Shown in pieces: positions 24,603 to 32,000 of a stretch of 32,000 nucleotides of DNA. Positions within the stretch are counted from its first letter, which is position 1. Every line of letters begins with the position of its first letter. The notes under the pieces were generated by a model. That model made no database searches and was not told the DNA's origin. It was given only the letters and a program-made list of their open reading frames with translations. The position numbers were made by a program, and so were the translations under genes. The stretch comes from Candidatus Thorarchaeota archaeon (GTDB lineage Archaea > Asgardarchaeota > Thorarchaeia > Thorarchaeales > Thorarchaeaceae): the NCBI GenBank assembly GCA_003345555.1, contig PRDJ01000073.1, positions 1 to 32,000 on the forward strand. The letters run 5' to 3'.

Positions 24603-26576
24603 TCAGTGATGCACCCGACGCTCGATGAGAATCGAGCCGAGTGCGAATGGCAGAAGTACAAGTAGTGCAATCACGGATACGTTGTTGATATGGGGATTGC
24701 TATCATTGCCATCAACGAGCAAGTCATAGTCGCAATCTGGGAACAATGGATCTAGACGCTCAAGGAGCTCTAGCTGATCTCTAAGAAGGTCATTATCACT
24801 ATCTGAACTCAGGGGATTCATTCCCCGTTCCACCTCCACGGTGTCAGGCACGCCATCATGGTCTCCGTCTGGCGAAAGGGGATCCGAACCGTGTTGGTAC
24901 TCCTGAATGTTTGCCAGAGTATCGTTGTCAGAATCTAGAGCAGAATCGTCAATCAGCGCATTCAAACCCCACTCGACCTCCCAGTTGTCAGGCATTCCAT
25001 CAGTATCTGTATCGGAGTTCGTGGGGTTTGTCCCAAGGCCTATTTCCCGAATGTTGGACAGACCGTCACCATCCGGGTCTTCACGACTGTCATCACGCAA
25101 GGGGTCTAGACCGTATCGGACCTCAATAGCGTCACCCATATCATCGTTGTCAGTGTCAGGTCTGAAGACGTCCGTGCTATTTCCGATTTCATCCTTGTCA
25201 CTGAGACCGTCACGGTCCCAATCGAGCGGCGGGTCAGGTGGCGGCCAAGAGTACTGCACAGAATCTAGTATTCCATTTCCATCGGTATCCGACGCGTATT
25301 CCAAATACAGAGTCACATCAGAGGTCTTGTTTGCCTGATTGAGAACAGTCACGGTTAGAATGCCAAGAGGACAGACATAGTCTGATTCCATGGAGAAGTT
25401 GCCAACAGGCAGCTGAGTCATCGGCAGGAGGATTGACGTACCGTTCGCAATTGTGACAGCGAGGCTGCTGCCCTTAGATGTCGAGCCTCGCAATTCCACC
25501 TTCTGAGGAACAGTCATCACTGCTCCCAAAGTGGCATTTGCAAAGGGAGAAACCGATTGCTCCATTCTCTGTCGAGAGATTTCTCCGTTTCCACGCATGG
25601 CCAGATAGACTGCAGCAGATGCGGATGCCCTGGCTACAAGGATGGCCTGGGTGGTGTCGTAACTGGATTCACCCAACCTATCTGATGGAGGCATCTCGGG
25701 ATCGTATGTGTGGCCACTCTTGATATTCACAGAGGGAAAACCTGCAGCCAGAAAGGAGAGATGATCGGTCTGTGTGTATGTTCCTCTCGATGCCAACATT
25801 ATATCCGGACCCGAACGTCTCATAAACGAAATGAGTAGGTCTGCGAGGTACTTGGTTGTCTGGTAGCCCTGCAGGGATTCGCTCTCATGCTCCGCGAGCA
25901 GACATCTGTAATCTTCTTGGACTGGATTGTGATACAGAAGCTCGTCATAGTTGTAGAATGCGATAACCTCAGCACCTTGTGCAACCAAGTACTGCAAAAT
26001 CTCCTTTGAACCATAGAGTGCTCTGATCCAGTGATTGGGGTCGATGAACTCCATGTTGCCTGCGAAGAAACAGTAGTAGATATCGACAGGCAGTCTGAAT
26101 TGCGACAGAATTCGGGCTATCATCATCACCACCCCACAGCCGCCCGCGTTCTGATCCACGCCCATACCTGATTCTGCCGAGTCCAAATGCGCTCCAAGCA
26201 CCAAGGCGCGGGAATCGTTCCCGTAACCTTTCTGATACCCGAGAACCGAACGGTGCGCCCCGAAGAACGATGCATTCACTCCCCACACCTTCAGTTGGTC
26301 GATTATCCATTTCGCGGCTAATTCATAGCCTGCTGTGCCGTCGAACCGAGGACCGTAGTTGGCTATTGTCTGGTAGCAGTGCAGAAAATCAATCCCCATC
26401 CCCAGTTGCCAAGCAATGTCCCACCAGTCGAGCTTGTTGAACGGGTCTAGGACTATCTCGGGTGTTGACTCGGGAGTCTGATTACCGGGCAATGGAAACC
26501 ATAGCCATACCCCGGTTACGGCCACGGAGACTACTACCGCAACCAGGGCCAATGAGAGCGCTCTGCGTCGGTCCAT
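24603..26576 (-). CDS. Membrane-anchored M28-family metallopeptidase homolog with DxDxDG Ca-binding repeats
   Basis: N-terminal anchor 'RRRALSLALVAVVVSVAVTGVWLWF', 'LVLGAHLDS', 'GVDQNAGG', 'TDHLSF', then thrombospondin-type-3-like repeats and a C-terminal TM. Likely ATG at 26576. Confidence 0.8.
   Translation of the reverse strand: MDRRRALSLALVAVVVSVAVTGVWLWFPLPGNQTPESTPEIVLDPFNKLDWWDIAWQLGMGIDFLHCYQTIANYGPRFDGTAGYELAAKWIIDQLKVWGVNASFFGAHRSVLGYQKGYGNDSRALVLGAHLDSAESGMGVDQNAGGCGVVMMIARILSQFRLPVDIYYCFFAGNMEFIDPNHWIRALYGSKEILQYLVAQGAEVIAFYNYDELLYHNPVQEDYRCLLAEHESESLQGYQTTKYLADLLISFMRRSGPDIMLASRGTYTQTDHLSFLAAGFPSVNIKSGHTYDPEMPPSDRLGESSYDTTQAILVARASASAAVYLAMRGNGEISRQRMEQSVSPFANATLGAVMTVPQKVELRGSTSKGSSLAVTIANGTSILLPMTQLPVGNFSMESDYVCPLGILTVTVLNQANKTSDVTLYLEYASDTDGNGILDSVQYSWPPPDPPLDWDRDGLSDKDEIGNSTDVFRPDTDNDDMGDAIEVRYGLDPLRDDSREDPDGDGLSNIREIGLGTNPTNSDTDTDGMPDNWEVEWGLNALIDDSALDSDNDTLANIQEYQHGSDPLSPDGDHDGVPDTVEVERGMNPLSSDSDNDLLRDQLELLERLDPLFPDCDYDLLVDGNDSNPHINNVSVIALLVLLPFALGSILIERRVHH
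24700..25223 (-). repeat. Eight coding DxDxD(G)xxDxxE repeats (thrombospondin type-3-like Ca-binding)
   Basis: DWDRDGLSDKDE, DTDNDDMGDAIE, DPDGDGLSNIRE, DTDTDGMPDNWE, DSDNDTLANIQE, DGDHDGVPDTVE, DSDNDLLRDQLE, DCDYDLLVDGND. Boundaries are approximate. Confidence 0.85.
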
Positions 26577-26793
26577 TTCAGTCTTAGACCCTCGTTCTGT
26601 GGGTTCATCAGTGTGGCCCGCAAACATGGATAAATAGCCGTCGAAAGCAGTACTCATGCGGCAAGGGATGTCCACTGCAAAGCGCATTCGATGTTCCAAC
26701 GTCAATCACATTGCGCAGCATGAAACGACGCACTTGCATGTATTCTACAACTAGAGGAAGACGTTCCTATCCAAAGTCGGTGGCCGAATACAG

Positions 26794-28134
26794 TTGAGAC
26801 TCAGAGATGTTGTAGCAGGTGCCAATGCCTCCATGTACTATCGGACAGACTTCAGAAGGATTAAGGCCGTCTATTATCCTCAAACAGAGAGAGACGCAGT
26901 CGAGGCTATAGCCAAGGCCCGAGAAATGGGGTACGACGTGACGCCGAAGGGGGCTGGCTCGGGGCTGAGCGGTGCATGCACGGGAGGAAACAGAGACCGT
27001 GTTATCATAACCACCCTCCGGATGAACCGTGTACTCTCGATTTCGCCGGATCATACCTATGCAGATGTTCAGCCCGGTGCCACACCTGACGAAATCAACG
27101 CGGTGCTGGCACCTTCTACGATGAGGTTCCATGTCACACCCAGCAGCAGGGATGTGGCGACTGTCGGAGGAATGCTCAGCACAGATAGTGGAGGAAATGA
27201 TGCTTGGCTGCACGGGACCATGAGAGACAATACGCTGAGGGCAAAGATACTGACCTATGATGGAAAGCAGATCGAAGTAGGCCGAGAAGGAGTCAGATGC
27301 GAGGACACCTCTCTTGAAGATGATCTAAATAGGAAAGCGCTGACGCTGAATGATATCGCAGACGCCCATGGTTTGCTTGGATTTGTGACCGAACTGCGAC
27401 TTGCACTGAAGCCGATTGGCGATGAGACTGTTATGGCGGGTCTTGTCGAGTGCACCGACATCAGCGAACTAGGCAGCGTTGTTCAAGACATAATCAGTGC
27501 CAAAATCCCCGTGACGTATGGAGAAACCGTAATCTATGCTCATCCGGATATACGAGGCAGCCTGAATCCGCCGCTACTAGTCCTTGAATTCCCAGAAGCC
27601 CACCTGAGGGACCTTCAGAGTATTACCCGTCTCAGGATGCTCACCAGAGAGGAACTAGCCGAACTGAAGGATATTAGGCTCAAGCTGGCAAAGCGAACTC
27701 CCAAGAGGGGTCTCCAGATTTCCCTATTTGAGGACTACGGTTTCTATGGACATAACCTGTCAAGGCTGCAGGAGCGCGTGGAGAGAATCGACTCGTATTT
27801 GAGGGAGCACTCCTTCGAACCCCTCGCAAAATACGGCCACGCGCCAACGAAGTGGTACATGGGAGACAACACGCAAGCCAACGGAATCATCATGCACTCC
27901 AACGAGATTAAGCAGCCCCGCCAGAGCAGCTCCGATGTATTCGAGACCGCGATGGGGCTAGTTCGGTTGTGCGAGGAACTTGGAGTGACACCAAAGCCCG
28001 AACACAAGTGGATCTACTCAGATTATGCAAAGCTGGCACGGATTCGAGAGCTTAGAGAAGTGATTGGGGGCGGGTTCAATAGCTTCATCCTTGACCCAGA
28101 CTGCGGCGCTGTTCTTAGTACCATGATTCAGTAG
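26794..28134 (+). CDS. FAD-binding oxidoreductase, GlcD/D-lactate dehydrogenase-like (PCMH FAD domain), paralog A
   Basis: 'VTPKGAGSGLSGAC', 'VQPG', 'P.S...ATVGGMLSTD.GG' and 'GFVTELRL'. C-terminal 'YGHAP...H...EH'. TTG start equivalent to paralog B. Confidence 0.88.
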   Translation: MRLRDVVAGANASMYYRTDFRRIKAVYYPQTERDAVEAIAKAREMGYDVTPKGAGSGLSGACTGGNRDRVIITTLRMNRVLSISPDHTYADVQPGATPDEINAVLAPSTMRFHVTPSSRDVATVGGMLSTDSGGNDAWLHGTMRDNTLRAKILTYDGKQIEVGREGVRCEDTSLEDDLNRKALTLNDIADAHGLLGFVTELRLALKPIGDETVMAGLVECTDISELGSVVQDIISAKIPVTYGETVIYAHPDIRGSLNPPLLVLEFPEAHLRDLQSITRLRMLTREELAELKDIRLKLAKRTPKRGLQISLFEDYGFYGHNLSRLQERVERIDSYLREHSFEPLAKYGHAPTKWYMGDNTQANGIIMHSNEIKQPRQSSSDVFETAMGLVRLCEELGVTPKPEHKWIYSDYAKLARIRELREVIGGGFNSFILDPDCGAVLSTMIQ

Positions 28135-28166
28135 TTGACCGCGGATTACTTTCGGGCATGTCCCGG

Positions 28167-28184
28167 GGCGGTTTATATACCGCC
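28167..28184 (+). promoter_or_regulatory. TATA-like box embedded in a perfect inverted repeat (GGCGGT-TTATAT-ACCGCC)
   Basis: Arms at 28167-28172 and 28179-28184. The AT-rich core is centred about 23 bp upstream of ATG 28199. Confidence 0.55.
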
Positions 28185-28198
28185 AAAAGGACGGTCTC

Positions 28199-29344
28199 AT
28201 GATGAGCATGCAACTGTCACAGCGCAGTCCAAGAGGTCTCTTCGACCCGTACTACGTGCCTGACCTTCTTCTCTATCGCGACAGAGAGCTTGAGTCAATC
28301 ACGGGCGTATGCAAAGACTCCTACGAAAGCGAATACGGAGTGAACTGCCTTGTCCATGGCATCGGAGGAGTGGGCATGACAGTCTTCTCAAGATACTTCC
28401 TCACGAGGATTATCCCGGGAAGCTTCGATGCTCACACAGTCTATGTCGATGCTAAAGGCAAGGATGTGCTCGAGATTGTCGGGGAACTCAATGATGCAAT
28501 CCACCGAAAGGAGAACAAACCAATCACAGTTGCCTTTGATCTCGATGTGCTCTGGATGCAGTTCAAACGAATGGCATCAGACGCGGCCAAGAGAACAGTA
28601 TTCGTCATAGACAATATCGATGAAAGAAACGAAGATGTCTACTCCAAACTCGCAAGACTCTCGAAGGAGATCAAAGCGAGCACGATTGGAGTGCTCAATA
28701 GCCACGACTATAGGATGTTAACCAAGTTACCTGCCACTCAAATGGCGTACGACTTCGAAGTTCACTTGGACACATACAGCCAGTCCCAACTCTACGACAT
28801 AATCCGCATGAGAGTTGAGGACACTTTTCCTTTGGGTCTGACAGAGGACATCCTGAGATATATGACCGACATAGTCTGCGAATTCGATGCATCAAAGCCT
28901 AAGACTTCCATAGAAGCTTTGAAGGTGCTTTGGCCGCTTGCTCAACGTGGACAGGAGATAGATTCGGATGCAGTCCGTGCCGCTACGGCCAAGATAGTAA
29001 CATTGGGTCAGGACCAAGACTACATGGACACCGTCGATACCATCAGCATGAATGATTACATGACAGCATTGGTCCTCGAAGTTCTCGCAGAACATCTGAT
29101 GAGGTATCGAACAGAGACGTACATCGACCGTCAGACTCTCAACGAGAATGTCCAGATAAAGTGCGAAGAACTAGGTGTGAAATACACACATAGTGACATA
29201 GAGAAGAGCCTCCAGACACTCATATTCGAAAGTATAGTCTTCGAATCTGGTTACTCTCACAATCTTCTGTACGTTCTAGTACCCCCGGATGTGCTATACG
29301 ATTCGGCTCTGAGCATAAGACGCGAGCTCACCAGAGGTAAATGA
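28199..29344 (+). CDS. Orc1/Cdc6-like protein with degenerate Walker motifs
   Basis: 'FDPYYVPDLLLYRDREL' (Cdc6 N-terminus), Walker A-like 'HGIGGVGMT', Walker B-like 'FVIDNID', 'YSQSQLYDII..RV' and a C-terminal winged-helix-like segment. Confidence 0.78.
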   Translation: MMSMQLSQRSPRGLFDPYYVPDLLLYRDRELESITGVCKDSYESEYGVNCLVHGIGGVGMTVFSRYFLTRIIPGSFDAHTVYVDAKGKDVLEIVGELNDAIHRKENKPITVAFDLDVLWMQFKRMASDAAKRTVFVIDNIDERNEDVYSKLARLSKEIKASTIGVLNSHDYRMLTKLPATQMAYDFEVHLDTYSQSQLYDIIRMRVEDTFPLGLTEDILRYMTDIVCEFDASKPKTSIEALKVLWPLAQRGQEIDSDAVRAATAKIVTLGQDQDYMDTVDTISMNDYMTALVLEVLAEHLMRYRTETYIDRQTLNENVQIKCEELGVKYTHSDIEKSLQTLIFESIVFESGYSHNLLYVLVPPDVLYDSALSIRRELTRGK

Positions 29345-29445
29345 CGCATCGGCCTTTGAGTCCCCTATCTACATAACTCAGTGATTATAAACCGCGAAAG
29401 CTCATGACCATAGTGGACCACCTGCTCCGCCGGTCTAGGAAGAGC

Positions 29446-30594
29446 ATGTTGACGACAACGAAGAGAGCTCAAAAGAAGCGCTCTGAGATGACATTCGAGA
29501 AGTGTGTTCGGTGCGGAAGCTGCATGAAGATATGCCCGATCTTCGACGCTATGGGAGAGGAACAGTACTCTCCTCGCGGAAAGCTCTACTTACTGCAGGT
29601 GATGGACAAGGTTGAGTCCGACCCAGAGCTTGCGAAGGAATTCAGAAGACTCTTGTTTCAGTGTGCAATGTGTGGCAGGTGCACGGACGTTTGTTCATCA
29701 GACGTAGACCTTCTGAGAATATGGCATGAACAACGTGCAAGGGCAATCAAAGATGCGCCTCAGGAGTTCGCCTACCTCGGTGCTCTTGAGAAATCTCTCG
29801 AAAATGTCAAAAACATATACGGACTATCACCGGAAGACAGAGCAGTCTACTGGCTTGACGAACTGGAACAGGAAATTCCGAACCTCCGAAAGAGAGTATT
29901 TCCCGAAGCGAAGACAGCGGACGTTGTTGTTTTCTTGGGTTGTCTTATGTCATTTCGGGCTTCACAGGTCGATGTACTCAGGGCACTCTTCAAGTCTCTC
30001 GAAATACTGAAGGTGGATTACTTGGTGCTGGGTGCGGAGGAGTTCTGCTGTGGGCATCCATTGGATCTAATGGGCGACGAAGCCGGAGCAAAGAAGCTCA
30101 GGACGCACAACAAGCGTGTCATAAAACAAACTGGCGCAAAGCAATTGATAACGTGCTGCCCGGGTTGTCTATCGCAGCTGCAGAACAACTACAATTTCAC
30201 TGGCATAGAGGTATTGCACCATACTCAGTTCTTTGACAGGCTCTTACAATCGATAGAACCCTATAAGCAGACTGAGGAGTTTACATATCACGATCCCTGC
30301 GAACTGCACAGGATATGCAATGTTAAGACTGAACCGAGATCTCTTCTCAAGAAGATGGGTGTCCAGTTCCGAGAACTGGAACTGAGTTGCTGTGGCGGAG
30401 GCGGTCTGCTGAGGATGACAGACCCGAACCTAAGCGATAAGATTCAGCAACTTCGGGCAGCACGGGAGAAACTGAGCTCAACAACCGTAATCACAGCATG
30501 TCCAGCCTGCAGAGAGCAACTGCTCGGCAACAATCTCAAGACAAAGGACATAATCGAGCTTCTGGTGACTTGTCTCTCGGAGGCGAAGGGCTGA
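29446..30594 (+). CDS. Fe-S/CCG-domain protein (GlcF/HdrD-like subunit)
   Basis: Two ferredoxin motifs 'CVRCGSCMKICP' and 'CAMCGRCTDVC', plus CCG domains 'CCGHP...CCPGC' and 'HDPC...CCGGGG...ACPAC'. Start 29446 is preferred because TTATAAA at 29385-29391 is too close to ATG 29404. Confidence 0.9.
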   Translation: MLTTTKRAQKKRSEMTFEKCVRCGSCMKICPIFDAMGEEQYSPRGKLYLLQVMDKVESDPELAKEFRRLLFQCAMCGRCTDVCSSDVDLLRIWHEQRARAIKDAPQEFAYLGALEKSLENVKNIYGLSPEDRAVYWLDELEQEIPNLRKRVFPEAKTADVVVFLGCLMSFRASQVDVLRALFKSLEILKVDYLVLGAEEFCCGHPLDLMGDEAGAKKLRTHNKRVIKQTGAKQLITCCPGCLSQLQNNYNFTGIEVLHHTQFFDRLLQSIEPYKQTEEFTYHDPCELHRICNVKTEPRSLLKKMGVQFRELELSCCGGGGLLRMTDPNLSDKIQQLRAAREKLSSTTVITACPACREQLLGNNLKTKDIIELLVTCLSEAKG

Positions 30595-30595
30595 G

Positions 30596-31933
30596 TTGAA
30601 CATCCGGGACATTGTCATCGGTGCAAATGCCTCCATATACTATCGAATGGACTTCCGCAAAATCAAGGGCGTCTTCTACCCCCGTACCGACGAGCAAGTC
30701 CAAGAAGCCGTTGCCTGGGCCAGAGAGAGGGGCTATGATGTGACGCCAAAAGGTGGGGGTTCCGGACTTAGTGGAGCTTGTACCGGGGGCGACCGTGATC
30801 GAGTGATGATAAGCAGCCTTCAAATGAAGGAGGTGCTTTCGGTCTCGAAAGACCAAGGGTACGTTGATGTTCAGCCTGGGGCAACTCCTGATGAAATCAA
30901 TGTTCTCCTAGCTCCCTTGAAGATGAAGTTCTATGTCACACCCAGCAGCAGGGACGTAGCGACTGTAGGAGGAATGCTGAACACTGACGGAGGGGGGAAC
31001 GACGCTTGGGTCAATGGGACGATGCGAGACAACACGTTGAGAGCCAAGATAGTCCTATACGATGGCCGCCTTATCACCGTGGAGCAGAAGAGCGTAAAGT
31101 CGAGCGACTCACAGCTTGAGAGCGACCTCAACAGCGTGGGAATGACCATCAATGATGTCGCTAGTTCGCATGGAACTCTCGGCTTCGTTACAGAACTACG
31201 TCTCTCCATAAGGCCCATCGTCCAAGAAAGACTGATCGGAGGGCTGGCAGAATACAGGGACAGCGATGAGCTAGGCAGCACGTTGCGCAGGATGATTGAA
31301 ACCAAGAGCCCCGTAAAGTACGGAGAAGCCATAGTTGCGGCACATCCTGATGTGCGAGGTGAGTTGCGGCCGCCTGAGCTTATTCTTGAGTTCCCTGAGG
31401 ATTATGCGTCGAATCTTGAAAACATCACCCACTTCAGGAAATTGACTGCTGAGGAGCTTGCAAAGCTCAAGGACGTGAGACTCAAGCTCCCGAAGCGGAA
31501 CCCGAAGAAGGGACTTCAACTGGCGCTGTTCGAGGACTATGGTTTCTACGGCGACGGCCTGAAGATGATACAAGAAGGCGTAGCCGGAATCGATCTTCTT
31601 CTCAAGAAGCACGGTTTTGTGCCATTTGCCAAGTATGGTCACGCGCCCTCAAAGTGGTACCTCGGAAACAACGCTGCTGCTTACGGCATCATCTTGCACT
31701 CTAGAGAAATCAGACCTGAGGGCATAACGAAAGCGGAGGTCTTCAAGGCCGTGATGGAGCTTGTGGACCTGTGCGAAGAGGCAGGTATCACACCGAAGCC
31801 AGAGCACAAGTGGCCCTATAATGACAAGGTGAAGAACGATAGGATTCAGCAAATCAGAGAAGTGATTGGCGAGGGGTTCAATACGTTTGTTCTTCAGTCC
31901 GACTGCAACGTCGTCCTGAGTTCCATGGTCTGA
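30596..31933 (+). CDS. FAD-binding oxidoreductase, GlcD/D-lactate dehydrogenase-like, paralog B
   Basis: Colinear and largely identical by eye to 26794..28134. Motifs 'VTPKGGGSGLSGAC', 'YGHAPSKWY' and 'PEHKW'. TTG start 1 bp after the Fe-S gene stop. Confidence 0.9.
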   Translation: MNIRDIVIGANASIYYRMDFRKIKGVFYPRTDEQVQEAVAWARERGYDVTPKGGGSGLSGACTGGDRDRVMISSLQMKEVLSVSKDQGYVDVQPGATPDEINVLLAPLKMKFYVTPSSRDVATVGGMLNTDGGGNDAWVNGTMRDNTLRAKIVLYDGRLITVEQKSVKSSDSQLESDLNSVGMTINDVASSHGTLGFVTELRLSIRPIVQERLIGGLAEYRDSDELGSTLRRMIETKSPVKYGEAIVAAHPDVRGELRPPELILEFPEDYASNLENITHFRKLTAEELAKLKDVRLKLPKRNPKKGLQLALFEDYGFYGDGLKMIQEGVAGIDLLLKKHGFVPFAKYGHAPSKWYLGNNAAAYGIILHSREIRPEGITKAEVFKAVMELVDLCEEAGITPKPEHKWPYNDKVKNDRIQQIREVIGEGFNTFVLQSDCNVVLSSMV

Positions 31934-32000
31934 ACACCGCTCAATTTCCAACTCGGCAATATTCGGACTAGGATTGCTGTCGAGCACGCAATCGGAAAAA

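Noticed and set aside
24700-25223. Periodic sequence as a CRISPR array or non-coding repeat
   Set aside because: The periodicity is explained by coding DxDxDG repeats with divergent nucleotides. No identical repeat-spacer structure exists anywhere in the window.
5005-29400. 9-mer CCGCGAAAG found near three gene starts (5005-5013, 9298-9306, 29392-29400)
   Set aside because: Many 9-mers recur three times by chance in 32 kb of double-stranded sequence, and the orientation relative to the genes is inconsistent. A genome-wide enrichment test would be needed.
28135-29445. Replication origin next to the cdc6-like gene
   Set aside because: The flanking intergenic gaps are only about 60-100 bp, with no repeated ORB-like elements and no extended AT-rich unwinding region, and the protein appears ATPase-dead.
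406-31987. Numerous 60-200-aa ORFs antisense to or overlapping the called genes (e.g. 23554..24165, 10961..11449, 26767..27213)
   Set aside because: They are fully nested opposite well-supported CDSs, have no recognisable motifs, and show Ser/Arg-rich shadow-frame composition.

Overview
Gene-dense prokaryotic window with about 27 plausible CDSs. It is almost certainly archaeal (RFC small subunit, Orc1/Cdc6-like protein, RIO kinase, TATA-like promoters). The gene style is reminiscent of Asgard archaea, but this cannot be shown from the window alone. No rRNA, tRNA, CRISPR array or mobile element was recognised. The most striking locus (2861-7751) is an RRE(PqqD)-radical SAM-SPASM enzyme. It is transcribed divergently from a small orphan gene and a ~710-aa membrane protein whose predicted cytoplasmic tail ends in 49 residues with 11 Cys, 9 His and seven CHSA units. 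This is a candidate membrane-anchored, RiPP-like substrate/maturase system or a metal-binding tail. A second notable block (8449-15670) holds an XPB helicase with an N-terminal clutch-type domain, a p52/Tfb2-like partner, an RFC paralog with an insertion and two kinase-fold enzymes. Also present are three tandem, highly diverged paralogous membrane proteins, two tandem Bcp peroxiredoxins, a SagB-type nitroreductase, malic enzyme, a divergent M28 peptidase with Ca-binding repeats, and two paralogous FAD-linked 2-hydroxyacid-dehydrogenase-like genes with a CCG Fe-S subunit. The dehydrogenase block is interrupted by a Cdc6/Orc1 homolog with degenerate Walker motifs. All family calls come from motif recognition by eye, not from database searches.
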